Assembly: GCF_002571385.2 (NCBI RefSeq)
Contig: NW_019218119.1
Span: 142,382 to 206,381 of the forward strand
DNA length: 64,000 nucleotides
Reading direction: 5' to 3'
DNA from: Stylophora pistillata
Lineage: Eukaryota
The position numbers and the translations under genes were made by a program. Under the pieces are notes generated by a model, which was not told where the DNA came from, searched no databases, and worked only from the letters and a program-made list of their open reading frames with translations. Positions 1 to 13,000 of the stretch are shown piece after piece. The first letter of the stretch is position 1. Each line of letters starts with the position of its first letter.

Positions 1-428
1 AATCCTACCTATCGCACTTGATTTAGTAAGGAAATAATAAATTGGAACTTGTTTCAAAACAAATTGAAAACGAATAAATTATAATGGGATTTGTGGCTGT
101 GTTTAGAAAGGATGTAGAGTCGCGCGGGGTCGAAACATGCTTTTTTTAGTAATTTATCTAGCCTTGAGATGCTTGTTACTGGCAAGTCACCTTTATCCCC
201 GATCAAAATTATTGTCAGTTTGCTCATCGGAGTGCTTATTACAAACAGCTTATAATTGTTGGGAAGAGGAGGGGAGTTTTGACTAGCGAAACCGCACTCG
301 ATTTTATCATCCCGATCAGTGCTAGAGATCAAATTACACGATCCGTAATAAAGAGTGCCAGCGCAATTTCTCAACATTTGCCGTCACATACAGCCCGCCT
401 GTTCTGTTCCCTAAGATATTTAGCTAAC

Positions 429-1034
429 CTTAGTAGGTGGAGTGTCATCAACCAAGACTGGTGTAGTAGATGCTCTTTCTGTGACAAGTCCAACTTTGTT
501 TTCGCATCTCACAACGGTGTAGTACCTTTCACCTGCCACTAACAGGAGCCCTGTTGCTGCTATGGTTGTTTTCAAACCATTATTTACAAAGTCGCCAGTC
601 AAGTCAGTACTGTTTCGTATGGCATAACTGCATGCTGTCACACCACTTTCAGCATCCTGGAAGAAGGTTACGTTAGAGACCAGGGTGCAGTTTGTCACAC
701 ACGATGTTACATCAGTGGCCGGCAGCACCTGACCAACAGACGGTGGAGTGAGGTCCACTTTTACTTCGTCCGTTGTTGCCAATGCAGACAGCCCTGCTCC
801 GTTCTGAACTCGTATGGTAATGTAATATGTTTCTTGGTGTCTTAACTCACAGTCATTGCAAGTTATTCCTGTTCCGTTGTTGGTTAGTTTGGTCATGGAT
901 TTAACCTGACAGCCATTGGATGAAGTTCCTACGCAAAATTCAGTTTTGGATATGCCACTTTCGGGATCTAGGGATTTCCAGGATGCTGTAAGTTTCCCTC
1001 CGGGTCCAAGCCACAAGCGAGAACCCCGCGAAAG
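429..1034 (-). CDS. Gene A exon 9: two further repeats
   Basis: Acceptor ttttag|CTT, donor AAG|gttagc; ORF 420..1016 contains WKSLDPESG, DLTPP and DDTPP. Confidence 0.88.
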
Positions 1035-4000
1035 CTAAAAGAGTGCAAAATAGAATGCAAATATCACTCAATTTCATAAGAAGGGTCCTGCACTCAGCTA
1101 CATCTTGAAACTAACGATTTTATATCTTGGTAATACTCTATTAAGACTTAAAGTAAGTCAAATACGTCGTGGGGGATGAACCTAAAATTAGATTTGAATC
1201 TATGAGTTTGACTGTGAGATATCTGTCTCCCCACTGCTCAGCATTTAACAGACTGACAGTGCGTTGGAAGGGATCAGAGACATCTATGAAGTAATAAACA
1301 AGGCGTCACACAATGCTGCTATGCAGCTCACGAACGAGTTCATTAAGCTACGACAGCCAAAGTCAGCGAGACAAAGAGAAACAAATATGTCATTATGCAT
1401 GCTTGTGCCTAGAGCGACTCACTGTTACGCCAACAATTAATCAACTTATTCATACCTCTGTCAATTCAGGGGGTGAGTTATCGACGATGAAGCCATCAGA
1501 CCATCCATGTGACGTCATTCCAGCACCATTTGTGGCCTCAACTGTAATGTAGTACCTTACCCCATGTGTAAGGGTAAGGTTCTCCGCAATTGCTGAAGTC
1601 TTCATGCCGACGTCCTTAAACTCTAAGACGTCAACATTATCAGGGGTAGTTCCAAGGCCCCAGCGGTATTTTGCTAGACCGCTCTCGTGGTCGCGGAATG
1701 GTTCCCATATTGCCGTGACTGCCGTTGTTGAGAATTGAAACTGAATATCAAAGAGGAGAGATGATCCGTCGTGAATTAGACCAGCATTTGGTGGAGTGAC
1801 GTCGACAATAACACCATCAGAAGATGAAGTGCTACTGAAGCCATCACCGTTTGTACAGGTTACTCGACTGATGTAGCGAGCGCCGGGAACAAGACTAACA
1901 TTTCCCGCAGTAAAGTTCCCACCGCTGTCCACGGCTTTTCGCACAACAACTGTGTCATTTCCAAAAGAGGAACTGTTATCCGACGCTGACTGTTCTATCA
2001 GTGCCCAAGAACACCCAGTGACACCGGATTCTTCATCTTTAAAACCTCTCCATTGAATTGCAAAGGTACTCGTTGAATTTGTAAAGTCGATATCCTGGCA
2101 AATTCCGTCTATCACAATACCCAAGGACGGTGGTGTTGTGTCAAATATCAGCTTTTCGGACGACATAACAGATGTTAAACCAGCTCTGTTTACAACAAAC
2201 ACAGTCACATGGTATGCAGCACGAGTTTGGGGCATAAATGGGCCAATGATACCTGAAGTAGACACACCTGCGGGTATTGTCTCAGCCACACAAGTAAGAG
2301 GTGTTGTTCCCAAACAGTATGCACTGCTTTTTATACCGCTTTCATTGTCTTTAGTCTTACTCCAGGAAACATATATTTCCACACTTTTTTGTTCTTGGTC
2401 CTTGACTTCGTGATGTGTGGTGACCTCTGTTATAAAGGGTGGGGAGGAGTCTACTGTAAAACCATTAGAAGAGCCCACACTACTGAGTCCTCTGGCAGAG
2501 ATGGCTTTTATTGTATTGTAATACTTTTGTCCTGAGGTTAAGACATCGAGGCCTGGTGCGTTGGGTACCAGGTTTTTCTCAACATTTGTGGGCAGGCCAA
2601 TGCTACTGAAACGCGAAACGTCGTCTTTACCAGGAGCTGTTCCTATGCCCCACGCATAATCAACGACTGGATCAACGGCATCGTCCATGAAAGGATCCCA
2701 ATGAGCACCAACTCTCTTTGCGCTGGTTAGATAGTACAGGTCAGCACCCTCCGCTGATCCGTCTCTGACATGCGTTGGAATGGGCCAGACATATTCTACT
2801 CGAAAGCCATTGGATCGAACAGTATTCTGCATACCCGCGTTATTCCAACATGTCAGCACATTGTGATAAGTGATGTTTTTGATGAAGGGAAGATCCGCGT
2901 ATCTTTGAGAATTCGAAAAAGCTTTCCTTTTACCATAGGTTGAGCTATTGGCAATGTCAACTTGTTGGATTTTGCTCCCATCTTCGCCCACGGTTACCCA
3001 CATGCATGATCGCACCCCACTTTCGGCATCTTCAACGCCAAACCAAGACATAGAAACGTTCCAGTTCACAAGAACGACGTTATAGTCTACTCCTGCTAAA
3101 TCGTTTCCGTCGATGACGTCACCCATTAGCGGTGGACTTACATCCAAAAGCATTCCATCAGAGCTGCGAGTCACAGAAATACCAGCTCCATTAGTCACGT
3201 GCACCGTTACATACACTCTCTCCCCTGCATATGCATGACAGGTCGGACAGGTGAATGATAAGTTGGCTCCAACACTTGCCATTGCTTTTATCTGACAGCC
3301 TCGAGGCTTGGTCCCTAAACAATACTTGCTTTCCATAATGCCACTCTCTGGATCTCTTACGTCCTCCCAGTAGGCTTGAATAGCCATGTTTGGAGAAATG
3401 TATTCGATGTCATCCCCACCTACGCCATCGTGGATGTCACTGTCAACAGCTAATGGAGGAGTTGTGTCTATAATGAGTCCAAGCGAAGATACGTTTTTAC
3501 TTAAACCCGCAAGGTTCGTTGCTATAACTGTTACGTAATAAACGTTCGCATGGGAAAGGCTAAGGTCGTTCTTGGTGACCTGCGTTGCTAGTTGTACGTT
3601 CTCAAAGCTGACGATATCGTCTTGGAACGGCTGAGTACCGATAGCAAAACGGTAATTCAGGACAGCACTCTCATATTCGGCAAACGGAGACCATGTGGCT
3701 ACAATGGATTCTGTGTCTGACTGATATTGAAAGGATTGATTGCGTGATACCCCAGCTTTAATGGGACCTGTCTGAATAGGTGGCGTGTTATCGACGGCAA
3801 ATTCGACAGTTGAAAAAGCAACGAGACCTGCATTGTTTATGCAAACTACACTGACATTATAACTTTCACCATGAAGAAGAACACTCGAAATCAGCGAAAC
3901 ATTACTCGAAGATGCATTGCTCTTCTCAAGAAAAAGAAGTTGTACCGCTGTGTCCCTAACGGATATATTGCAGCTTTTCACGCCACTTTCCATATCGTTA

Positions 4001-7000
4001 AACTCGCCCCAGGAAACAGTGATACTACTGTTGCTGACAAATGTTTTCCTTCCATTTCGACCTGATGATTGTCTAACTTTTACTTCTCCCGGATTCGGTG
4101 GTGTGCCATCAAAGACCAATGCATCCGAACATGATCGCGAGACGAGACCAGCTCGGTTTCGAGACGTTATAGTGACGTAATATTTTACACCGGGCGTAAA
4201 GATTAGGTTCGTCATCGAAGTGTTGGCGTAGGTGGACCGGCCAATGTTTATGAATGGTTGAACTTGAGTTCCACATTTACTCGTACCTATGGCCCACTTA
4301 TAGTACCAAAGTTCACTTTCAGGCTCGGAGAAGCTCTTCCAGTAAACTGCAATGTCAGATTCAGAAGCCGAGTAGAAAGTGTTGTCTTGTTCGTTGTACC
4401 TCCACCCAGCCTGTGATCCAAAGCCTGGAAGAATTGTACTCGGTATTGGTGGAGTTGCATCTGCAATGACACCATCCGAAACCAGTTCCCTGACAGCGCC
4501 AGCCTGATTTTTCACTTTTAAATGCACATAGTATTTTGTTCCACTCAGTAAAGTAAGGACTCCTTGACTTCTGACATGTGTCGAAAGACCAACATCCGTG
4601 TAATCTTGAACACTGGTTTTGTCATTCGCGCTTGTACCAATACTCCACTCAAACTGTTGAATTCCACTTTCCAAGTCCCAGACTCCTTCCCAGTTTGCAG
4701 CCATATCTGATAGAGAAGATTGATACTTAAGATCTGGCTCAATGACTCCATCGTGCACGACACCATGGCTTGGAGGGCTAAAATCAATCAGCACTCCGTC
4801 AGAGCTCATACAGTCGCGCAGTCCAGCAAAGTTCACAGCGCAAACAGTAAAATAATATACATCGTCAGCCAGGGAAAGACCATTAACGGTGGCTGAGGTA
4901 TTCAACCCTGCATTTTGAAAAGGAGACACATCAACAGCTCCTCCACGATTTCTGCTAACTCCATACTCATAATATTGGATTCCAGACTCAGGGTCGGCGA
5001 AACCATCCCATTCTGCTGACAGTGCCGTGGTATTTTCTTGATAGTCGATGTCTGAGCCTGAACTTCCGTCACGCACTTGAGCATTTTGTAAGCTTGGGGG
5101 AGTCACGTCAACCACAAAGCCATCCGTAGAAACTTCGGAGCTTATTAATCCAGCTCTGTTTTCAGCTTTTATTTTAATACAGTACTTTTGACCATTGACC
5201 AGTGTGAGATTTGTTAGCATAAAGGTAGTGGCCTGTGAAGGGTTAACCTTGAGGAAAGTATTTCCTGTCACATGATAGTTACCAGGGATACAGCTACCGA
5301 CGGCAAAATAGTACTGCTTGACTTCAGTATGAGGTTCTGGGAACTTTGTCCAGGAACCATAAACATGCTTCACGTCTGCCTGATAGTCGATGTCTACTCC
5401 TGATGTTGGTCCATCGTTAACGTTTCCTTGGGATGGAGGTGTAGCATCGGGTATGACAGTGACGGAATGGGCATCTTTATACAGTTTAGCACCATTGTGT
5501 GCTCTGATGATGACTTGATACGGTTTTCCTTGAGATAGTGCTAAATTTGTAAACGTAGCTGAGGTCGACAAATGAGGTCCTGGCACTGAATTGAAGTCGG
5601 AGTTTGATGGTGATCTTCCAAGAGGCATGACAGCCCAATCGTAACGCCTGAGACCGCTGTGAGCATCAGAGAAGCCAGCCCAGTCAACTGACAATGACGA
5701 GACACTTGACACATAGACACATGCAGTTCCATTTATGAAGTCATCCTCGCCAGTTACTTTAACTTTACCAGTGAAAACTGGATGAGTCGTGTCCACGGTA
5801 ACGCCATCCGTAGTGACGTCAGTGGTGAGACCAGCTGCGTCCATCGCTTTAACAGTCACGAAATACTTCGCGTTGTTTCCTAACGTCAGTCCGGTTTGTG
5901 TGACGTTTGTTGCTTTTCCTGTCGACGTCCAAGACACAACAACGCGTCCACTGCTATCTGTTACTCTGTATTTGTACTCTACGATTCCGCTCCCTTTGTT
6001 CCCGTCTGCGAAACCATTCCAGTTTGCTGCTATCAATGTATTGTCGGATTGGTAGTCTATATCAGTGAAGTGTCCGTCATTTACTACACCAGCTTGTGGA
6101 GCATCATGGTCAATTAGCACGCAGTCGGATTTGACTTGGGTAAACAGACCAGCCTCGTTGTAACCTCTGACTACCGCACAGTAACCTTCTTTAGAAACGA
6201 GATTCAGATTATTTGCAGTGGGAGAGCGGTTTAGAGCAGTTGTCTTAAATGACGTGATTAAACCACCTCCTATTCTCTGAATTGCCCAGGAATATCGTGA
6301 GATAGGGGAATGTGGGTCGGTAAAACGATCCCAGTTTGCACTGAACGTAGTAGTCCATTTTGCATACTTGAGATCTACACGAAGTTGACTTCCGTCATAG
6401 ATCTTGCCAGCCACGGGTGGGGAAGTATCAATAACAACTCCATCGCTAGTGATGTCAGAAAACAAACCAGCTTTTGTGAAAGCGCGAACGACGAATGTGA
6501 CCCTTGAACCGTCTGTGACGCCATTGAAGGTCTTACCTGCGTTAGTATTTAGATTTACGCTGGTAAAACCCATGAGCTCGGTTGTCTGGTTAGTGCTAAA
6601 CGATTTTGAGAGAACTTTCCATTCATACTTGGCAACACCATGTCTGGTTTGAATTCCTCCCCAGTTTACTTGCAAGACTTTAGTGTCCTGGTAGCTCAAG
6701 TCAGCCCCAGCTCCATCGCGGATCCACCCACCTTGTGGTTTTGATGTGTCAATTGTGATCTCCCGGCTGCAGACCAGTTGTGCATTTTTCTTTCTCATAT
6801 CAGAAGCTTGTATTGCAACTTTGTATTTGCTGTTATCTTGAAGATTTAGTCCAGTCAGCGTTTGTTGAAAGTTACCATTCGAAAACGTTCCTTTTACGCC
6901 GGACACGGTATTGCAAGCAGAGGATGCTGGTAGAAGGAACCACTTAAGTGTCAATTGGCCGCATAAAAAGGAGAATCCGGACATCCTTAGGTGAAGCTTA

Positions 7001-10000
7001 CCGGTAGAGTGCTGAAAAGATATGGTTGTCTTAAATGCCTGGTCCTGAAGCTGTACAGTGCCAGTAGTCAAGGTAATGCTGTCTGTCTTACCGCCTGGGC
7101 ATGTTCCAAGGCGTCCGTCACACCTGCAAACAATGATTCCATTAATAAGTACAATTTAGATGTAGTTTTATGATAATAATAATAATAATAATAGTAAGGT
7201 TTTTATGAGCGCATTTAAGAATCTCCATGCGCTTACATAGCATGATAAAAATAAAATATAACAATGATACTGACAGTCAGTAGTACCTACCCTAACAAAA
7301 AGTTAAATGGAATAAAAACCTATGAAGTGTTTCACAATACTAAACATAAAATTTCCGGAATAGATATGTTTTAAGGGCAGATTTAAAAGACGAAAGAGAA
7401 GCTGCAGATTTAAGAGAATCAGGAAGAGTATTCCATAATAGACCACTTTTATGAATGGCTGCAGGATTAATATTCTTTTGTTCAAATTTAAATTAGCCCT
7501 ACAGGCCTCCTTCTCCAGTACAAAACTCAAAAGAATACATTATCTCAAGCGAGGCCAGTAGGGCTAATTTAAATTTAAACAAAAGAATATTTATACGGCA
7601 GCTATTTATGAAAGTGATCTATGTAGGTGCACAGAAAGAGAACGCACGTTCACCGTATGTCACAGAATTCATAGTGGGGACAGTAAGAAGTGATTTGGAA
7701 GATGAACGTAGAGTACGTAGTGGATGATATTAACAAGCAATCATCATTCTGTGAAGTGCTTTTCGTTAAAGTCGCTTCACAGCCACTAAAGCTTGGTTAG
7801 CAATGATTAACAAAAGAATCCTCTGTTATCTCTCACCGTTCAGGGCGATCACAGGCGTCCACAGCCGGGCGGCAGATTGTTCCAATTGGCCTCATGATCG
7901 CGCGGCAAGATCCGTCACCTACACACTGCGAGGTTTGAATACAGCTTGTAGAGGGATAAGATGCTTGGCAAGAGTAACCTTGTCCTACGCATCTAGAAAA
8001 ATAACAAGCAAAGCAAATGTTATTAGGTGTCTTCAGTTAATGTTTGTCTGGGAATCATTATTGTTTATAATCATTGACATTGACGTTGAATCACCAAAAT
8101 CATATTTTTGGGCGAGATGAGACACAGGGTACTGACCCCCTCTTTGTCAAGAAAGTGTTCAATCAACACGGTATGACCAAGTACTGTTAGTACAGTAATG
8201 GAGGATTCACCTCATGGAGAGTCATGCCTAACTTCCCTCCCTCTCCGAGTAGGTGAAATAATGTTTTCAAAATAAAGACTGAAGATGTTTCGATTTCAGA
8301 GTTTCCTCGATGGAACTTATTCGGCCATGAACTCGAAGATATTCGGGAGATCATTTCGTCTTTTTTTTTCGCAGCTATAAAGTAATACGTAGCGATAGTT
8401 ACCTGCCAGCGTTGCACGTGTCTTGTTTTGAACATTTGTTTCCATCATCACAAGGTACCGCTGGACGATTGCTCCATGCACTGTTGGCTCGAGCTGCTGT
8501 ATCGTACAAGTCACACCACTGACACTGATTTGATGGACTCACTGCTTGGTGGCTGTAGTCCCGGCCTAATATGGGGCGCCAAGTGTACAAATATTATTTA
8601 CACAAAGTGTTGGTATAGCGTGTGTTATAAGGTATATTGCTGATAAAGTCGTCTGGTTATTTATAAATTAACAATTGTGTTACCTTGCCCTGACTTTTCA
8701 ATTAAAAAATCGCGGCTTTGTGATTTAAAGATCGCAACAACAACACTTTGGGCTTTAGAAATCGCAAAAACACAACTTTGCGATAAATAAATCGCAAGAG
8801 ACATGGCTTTGCTATTTGTAAATCGCAGTATTCCTTATCTTTGGAAACGTGCTATTAATAAATCACAAATGCAATACACAAATCACTGAAGTGTTATTTA
8901 AATCGAAAAAGTATGAGATATAAATCGCAAAACTGTGATATACTGTGTATAAATCGCAAAAATGCCGTTTTTGGATCGTATAAGTGCGATTTATAAATCG
9001 CAAAATTGTGATATATAAATCGGAAACATGAACTGGTGATTAAGAAAATAAGCTTGGTGTGCTCGTGATATAGCTCTTTTAAGCGACGACTAAAAAAAAG
9101 CGCCTCGAGATTAAAGGGACAAAAAAAGCTTACAACGTTGCCTGGTCTTCTTTGGCGCTTCAATTCCAGTTTGGATGCGATACACCCTTTATTTTATTCC
9201 TAGTATTGTGGGAGAACGAGTATAGCGTGGCATGGTCTTACTAACCTGCTATCTTGCACATGCACTTGCTGTTCACAAAACCAAATCCAGTTTTCAGACT
9301 GCAACTGTTGCCATTACAGTACTGACAATCTGAGTTGCAGTTGAAAGGTGTAGCTGTGCACTGGCCGCTTCGACACGTGTCTGCACGTGTACATGCGTTT
9401 CCGTCATCACATGCCACACCGTCTCTATTAGACCACGTGCTGATACTACTGCCAGGGTTACACCACTGAAAAAGAAACAGTAGCAAGAACAAACATTACC
9501 GTAATTGCAGCTTTTTTCTTTTGACTTTTAAGTGGCATTATTTTCGTCGTTGCGTGAACAGAAATATCCACCACCCTCAAAATGCGCCACCGGAGGGTTC
9601 ACTGAAGATAGTTAAAAAAATAGGAAGAAACCAACATTATAGTTCGACCGGTGGCTTACTTGACAAGGATTCCCAGGCTTGTATTGGTTCTTGGCATAGC
9701 ATGTCCTTTGGCCTCCTTGCAGTATTATGCAAAATCCAGATTTGATCGGACAGCCACTGCCGTCATGCGTTTCACATGATAGACAGTTGTAGGGCGTGCA
9801 GACGCACGTGCCACTTGAGCAACGGTCGTTTTTGGTCTTCAAGTTGTTGTCGCTGCACCTAAGGTTGTTGTTGTTAGTCCACCTATTATTGTAGTTGCTG
9901 TCGCATTGCTGAGGAGAGAAGAGTGTGATTGATGCAATAATCATCTATTAACCATTTTGAAATTCATAGAAATCCTGACAACTAGAATGTTCTCGAAATA

Positions 10001-13000
10001 GTGTCCACATTGTTTTAGCATATACCACACAAGTGAATAGTGCTTTTCGCGCGCACTGATTGGCTTGTTCGGAAGTGAATAGCAAATATTATTTACCTCC
10101 GAACCGCCGATGGAATAAAACCGCGCCTCAACAGTTTCAGTTCCGAGAATGTTTCTGTCATTGAAAGAAATAAATGAGTTTTTTGGTATCTGCGTGGTAT
10201 ATACTAAACTAATTATTCCCCTCAGTGTCGAAGAGAGTGGAGAATATCCGCCACTGAACACTTTCACTTCGGTGAATAATTGCTAATTAAGAGGCTGACT
10301 TTTATCTTGGTGAAAGACCCCAACGTCTTGACCATTCAAGTTTACAACTTTGCCTGGTTTATAGTTTATTTGGACCTCCTTCTTGATTTGAATTTTATAA
10401 AATATCTTTTGATGAGTTCCATTTCGTTAAAGTATCATTCATTTCATTGTCTCTTTATGGGCACCTTATCTACGATTGGCTTTGTCCATCAAGCCGAAAT
10501 AACTTCTCCATACAATATTATAACTAAATACGATATCAAGGTCATTAGAATAAAGGGACGAGGCTCGTTGTTCGAAGGCCCATAAGCGCTAACCCGACGT
10601 TAAATTTTAATCCAAGTTTCTTTATTCCTTTTTTCAAAGCCTTTTTTCGGATAAGGTCTCTCTAATCTTTTTAGAAAATTCAATCACCAGATCGTAAGCC
10701 AAAAAATTTATGCTGAATTCTCTCTTAATTAAAGCTTTCCGATCTGAAATCAGATTTCACACTAACCCAAAGCTTTGAACAACACGGCCCTGCTGGGGCA
10801 CGTTTTTCGAAAGTCCCGGTCACTTGTCGGGCCCGTAAAGCTGCTCTGTTTACATTCAAGATGGGGATTTCAAAACTTTTGAAAATAATACAATAAAACT
10901 ATTAGCTAAAGAAACAAAATGGACTGATTTGGGTGCCAGAATTCGAACCTACTTTCCTATCCTTTAAATTTTGATTTTAAAACGTGGCTTCGGGCCCATT
11001 AAGTTACCGGGACTTTCGAGAAACGGGCGCCTGAGCACTAACTAAGAAGCTCTTGATTGTTGAACAAATTCTCCTTGTCAGCACCCTGGGACATTTATAG
11101 AGAACAGTATGGAGAATATGCATACTGATGTTAGGGTGTCAAGGGTTAAAATGTTATTCCTTCATGCAACTCAAAGTTAATCTTCCGAAGGATTCACTGT
11201 CTGCGAATTATTTTACCTGGCATTGATGTCCTGGTCGTAAGGCTCCGTGACGAAAACACTGTCGTCTTCCACCTTCATTAATCACGCAGTATCCAGGTTT
11301 CACGCGGCACGCATCATTGTAGCACTCCTCGCAAGAGAGGCACGAGAAAGGTGTGCCTGAGCAAGCCCCACTGGAACAGCGATCATTTCTAGTGCATGCC
11401 TTTCGGTCGTTACACGGCAAATTGTTGTCGTTTGTCCAAGCATTCTTGTTTGCACTGTTGCAATTCTATTGGAAGAAAGGACAATACGCAACAAACGTTA
11501 ATAACTAATAGTTTTTCCTGACATCAAGGCTTTAAGAATGTATTGGAATGTATCTAATCGCAGCAATACTTTCATTGCGGTTTTTTTCTCCATTAAGTTT
11601 TTTTTTTTTTTTTTATCAAGCGTTATTTCAGTAGGGTGCATCTTCTACCAGCTCTAAGTTGTTGAAACGCCGTATTAACTCAAACACTCATCGCTCCCGA
11701 ATAAACAATGCAAGTCCGAATAAAAGTCTCTCCCGAATGAGGTCGCGTTTAGGATAGCAAGGTTTAAGCGCCGGGGTCTCGGTGTTGCGTCAATAGCCTA
11801 TTTCTGAATTACCCTCGGCCTCTTTTTCAAAGCGAGGCCTGGTGCTCAACCATTCTTGTGAGAATGAGTTTAATTTGCATGTGAATGAAAACTTATTTTC
11901 ATATGAAAGGATGAGCACCAGGACTCGTTTTGAAAATGAGGCCAAGGGTAATTCGGAAATGGGCTATTCGAAGACTTCTTTCACACGCTGTAGTACTTAA
12001 GTCGTAGTTGGACTATCTCGACGGAAAGAGATGGAAGTAATTAAGAAAGCACAGATTCAGACGTAAAGGTGGCGTATGCTTCCATGCTATAACACGTGGA
12101 CTCAAGATCGAAGTTGAGTGAAGAAACCACGGTTTTAAAATGCAATTAATCTCTTTGTCGCGGCCATTTCTTCATATGCGGCGGCCTCAAATAAGGGCCA
12201 CGGACCTTGTTCCAGTAAATAGGGTACTTTCTCTCGACTTGCTAGTCAAAGCTCGGGCATGACAAAAAGGGAATAAAACAATCTTACCTGACACTGGTTA
12301 CTTGGGTTCACTCTGCCATACGCATAACACTGGTTGTTGATTTTACATTGCCTCAGCTCACATTTTAAACCCACTTTGGTGTAGCACGAATGACAACTGC
12401 ATGTAAAACTACCGAACGTATTGGTACAGGTATGCTGGCATGGTCGGGTATTACACTCATTGACGTCTGTTCAAAGAAGAAATAGGACAAAAAGAGTAGG
12501 AAACCTGTAAGTAAGTCGGCTGAATCAGATGTAATATGCCAGCAAGGCTCTCATTATTAGGGCACAGGCAGACCACACTACGGTGGCCGTGGTTAATAAT
12601 TGTTGACTTGAGACGAACAAAATCCGTAAGGGTTATGAGCTCTGAAAATTGCTTGTCTAAATTACATTTCGATTTGAAAATCTCAAGAAGGCCACATAAA
12701 ATTTTTCGCCTACATGGGCCGTTTGTAGCGTCTTTTTACTCAATTACTTTTAGCCAGAAGGAGAGTCTCCCTTTTCCCCGACTAGTCTCATATCATCCCG
12801 CGGGCAGTAGCCTGTTTGCAGGCGGTACTTTGTGTTTTCAAGCGCGAGACTCGGTGCGGCGAATATTCGGTTGCCATATTGGCATAATTAATTATTCATA
12901 ACCGATAAAGCGAAAAATTTGAACGCGACCTCGCTTTGAAGAGCCCTAAAAAAAGAGACGAATGGGTTAAAATTGGCTCACTAGGCTTCGTAAAACTCCC

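Noticed and set aside
8700-9030. CRISPR-like array
   Set aside because: Units are degenerate, there are no unique spacers and no cas genes, and it lies in a eukaryotic intron.
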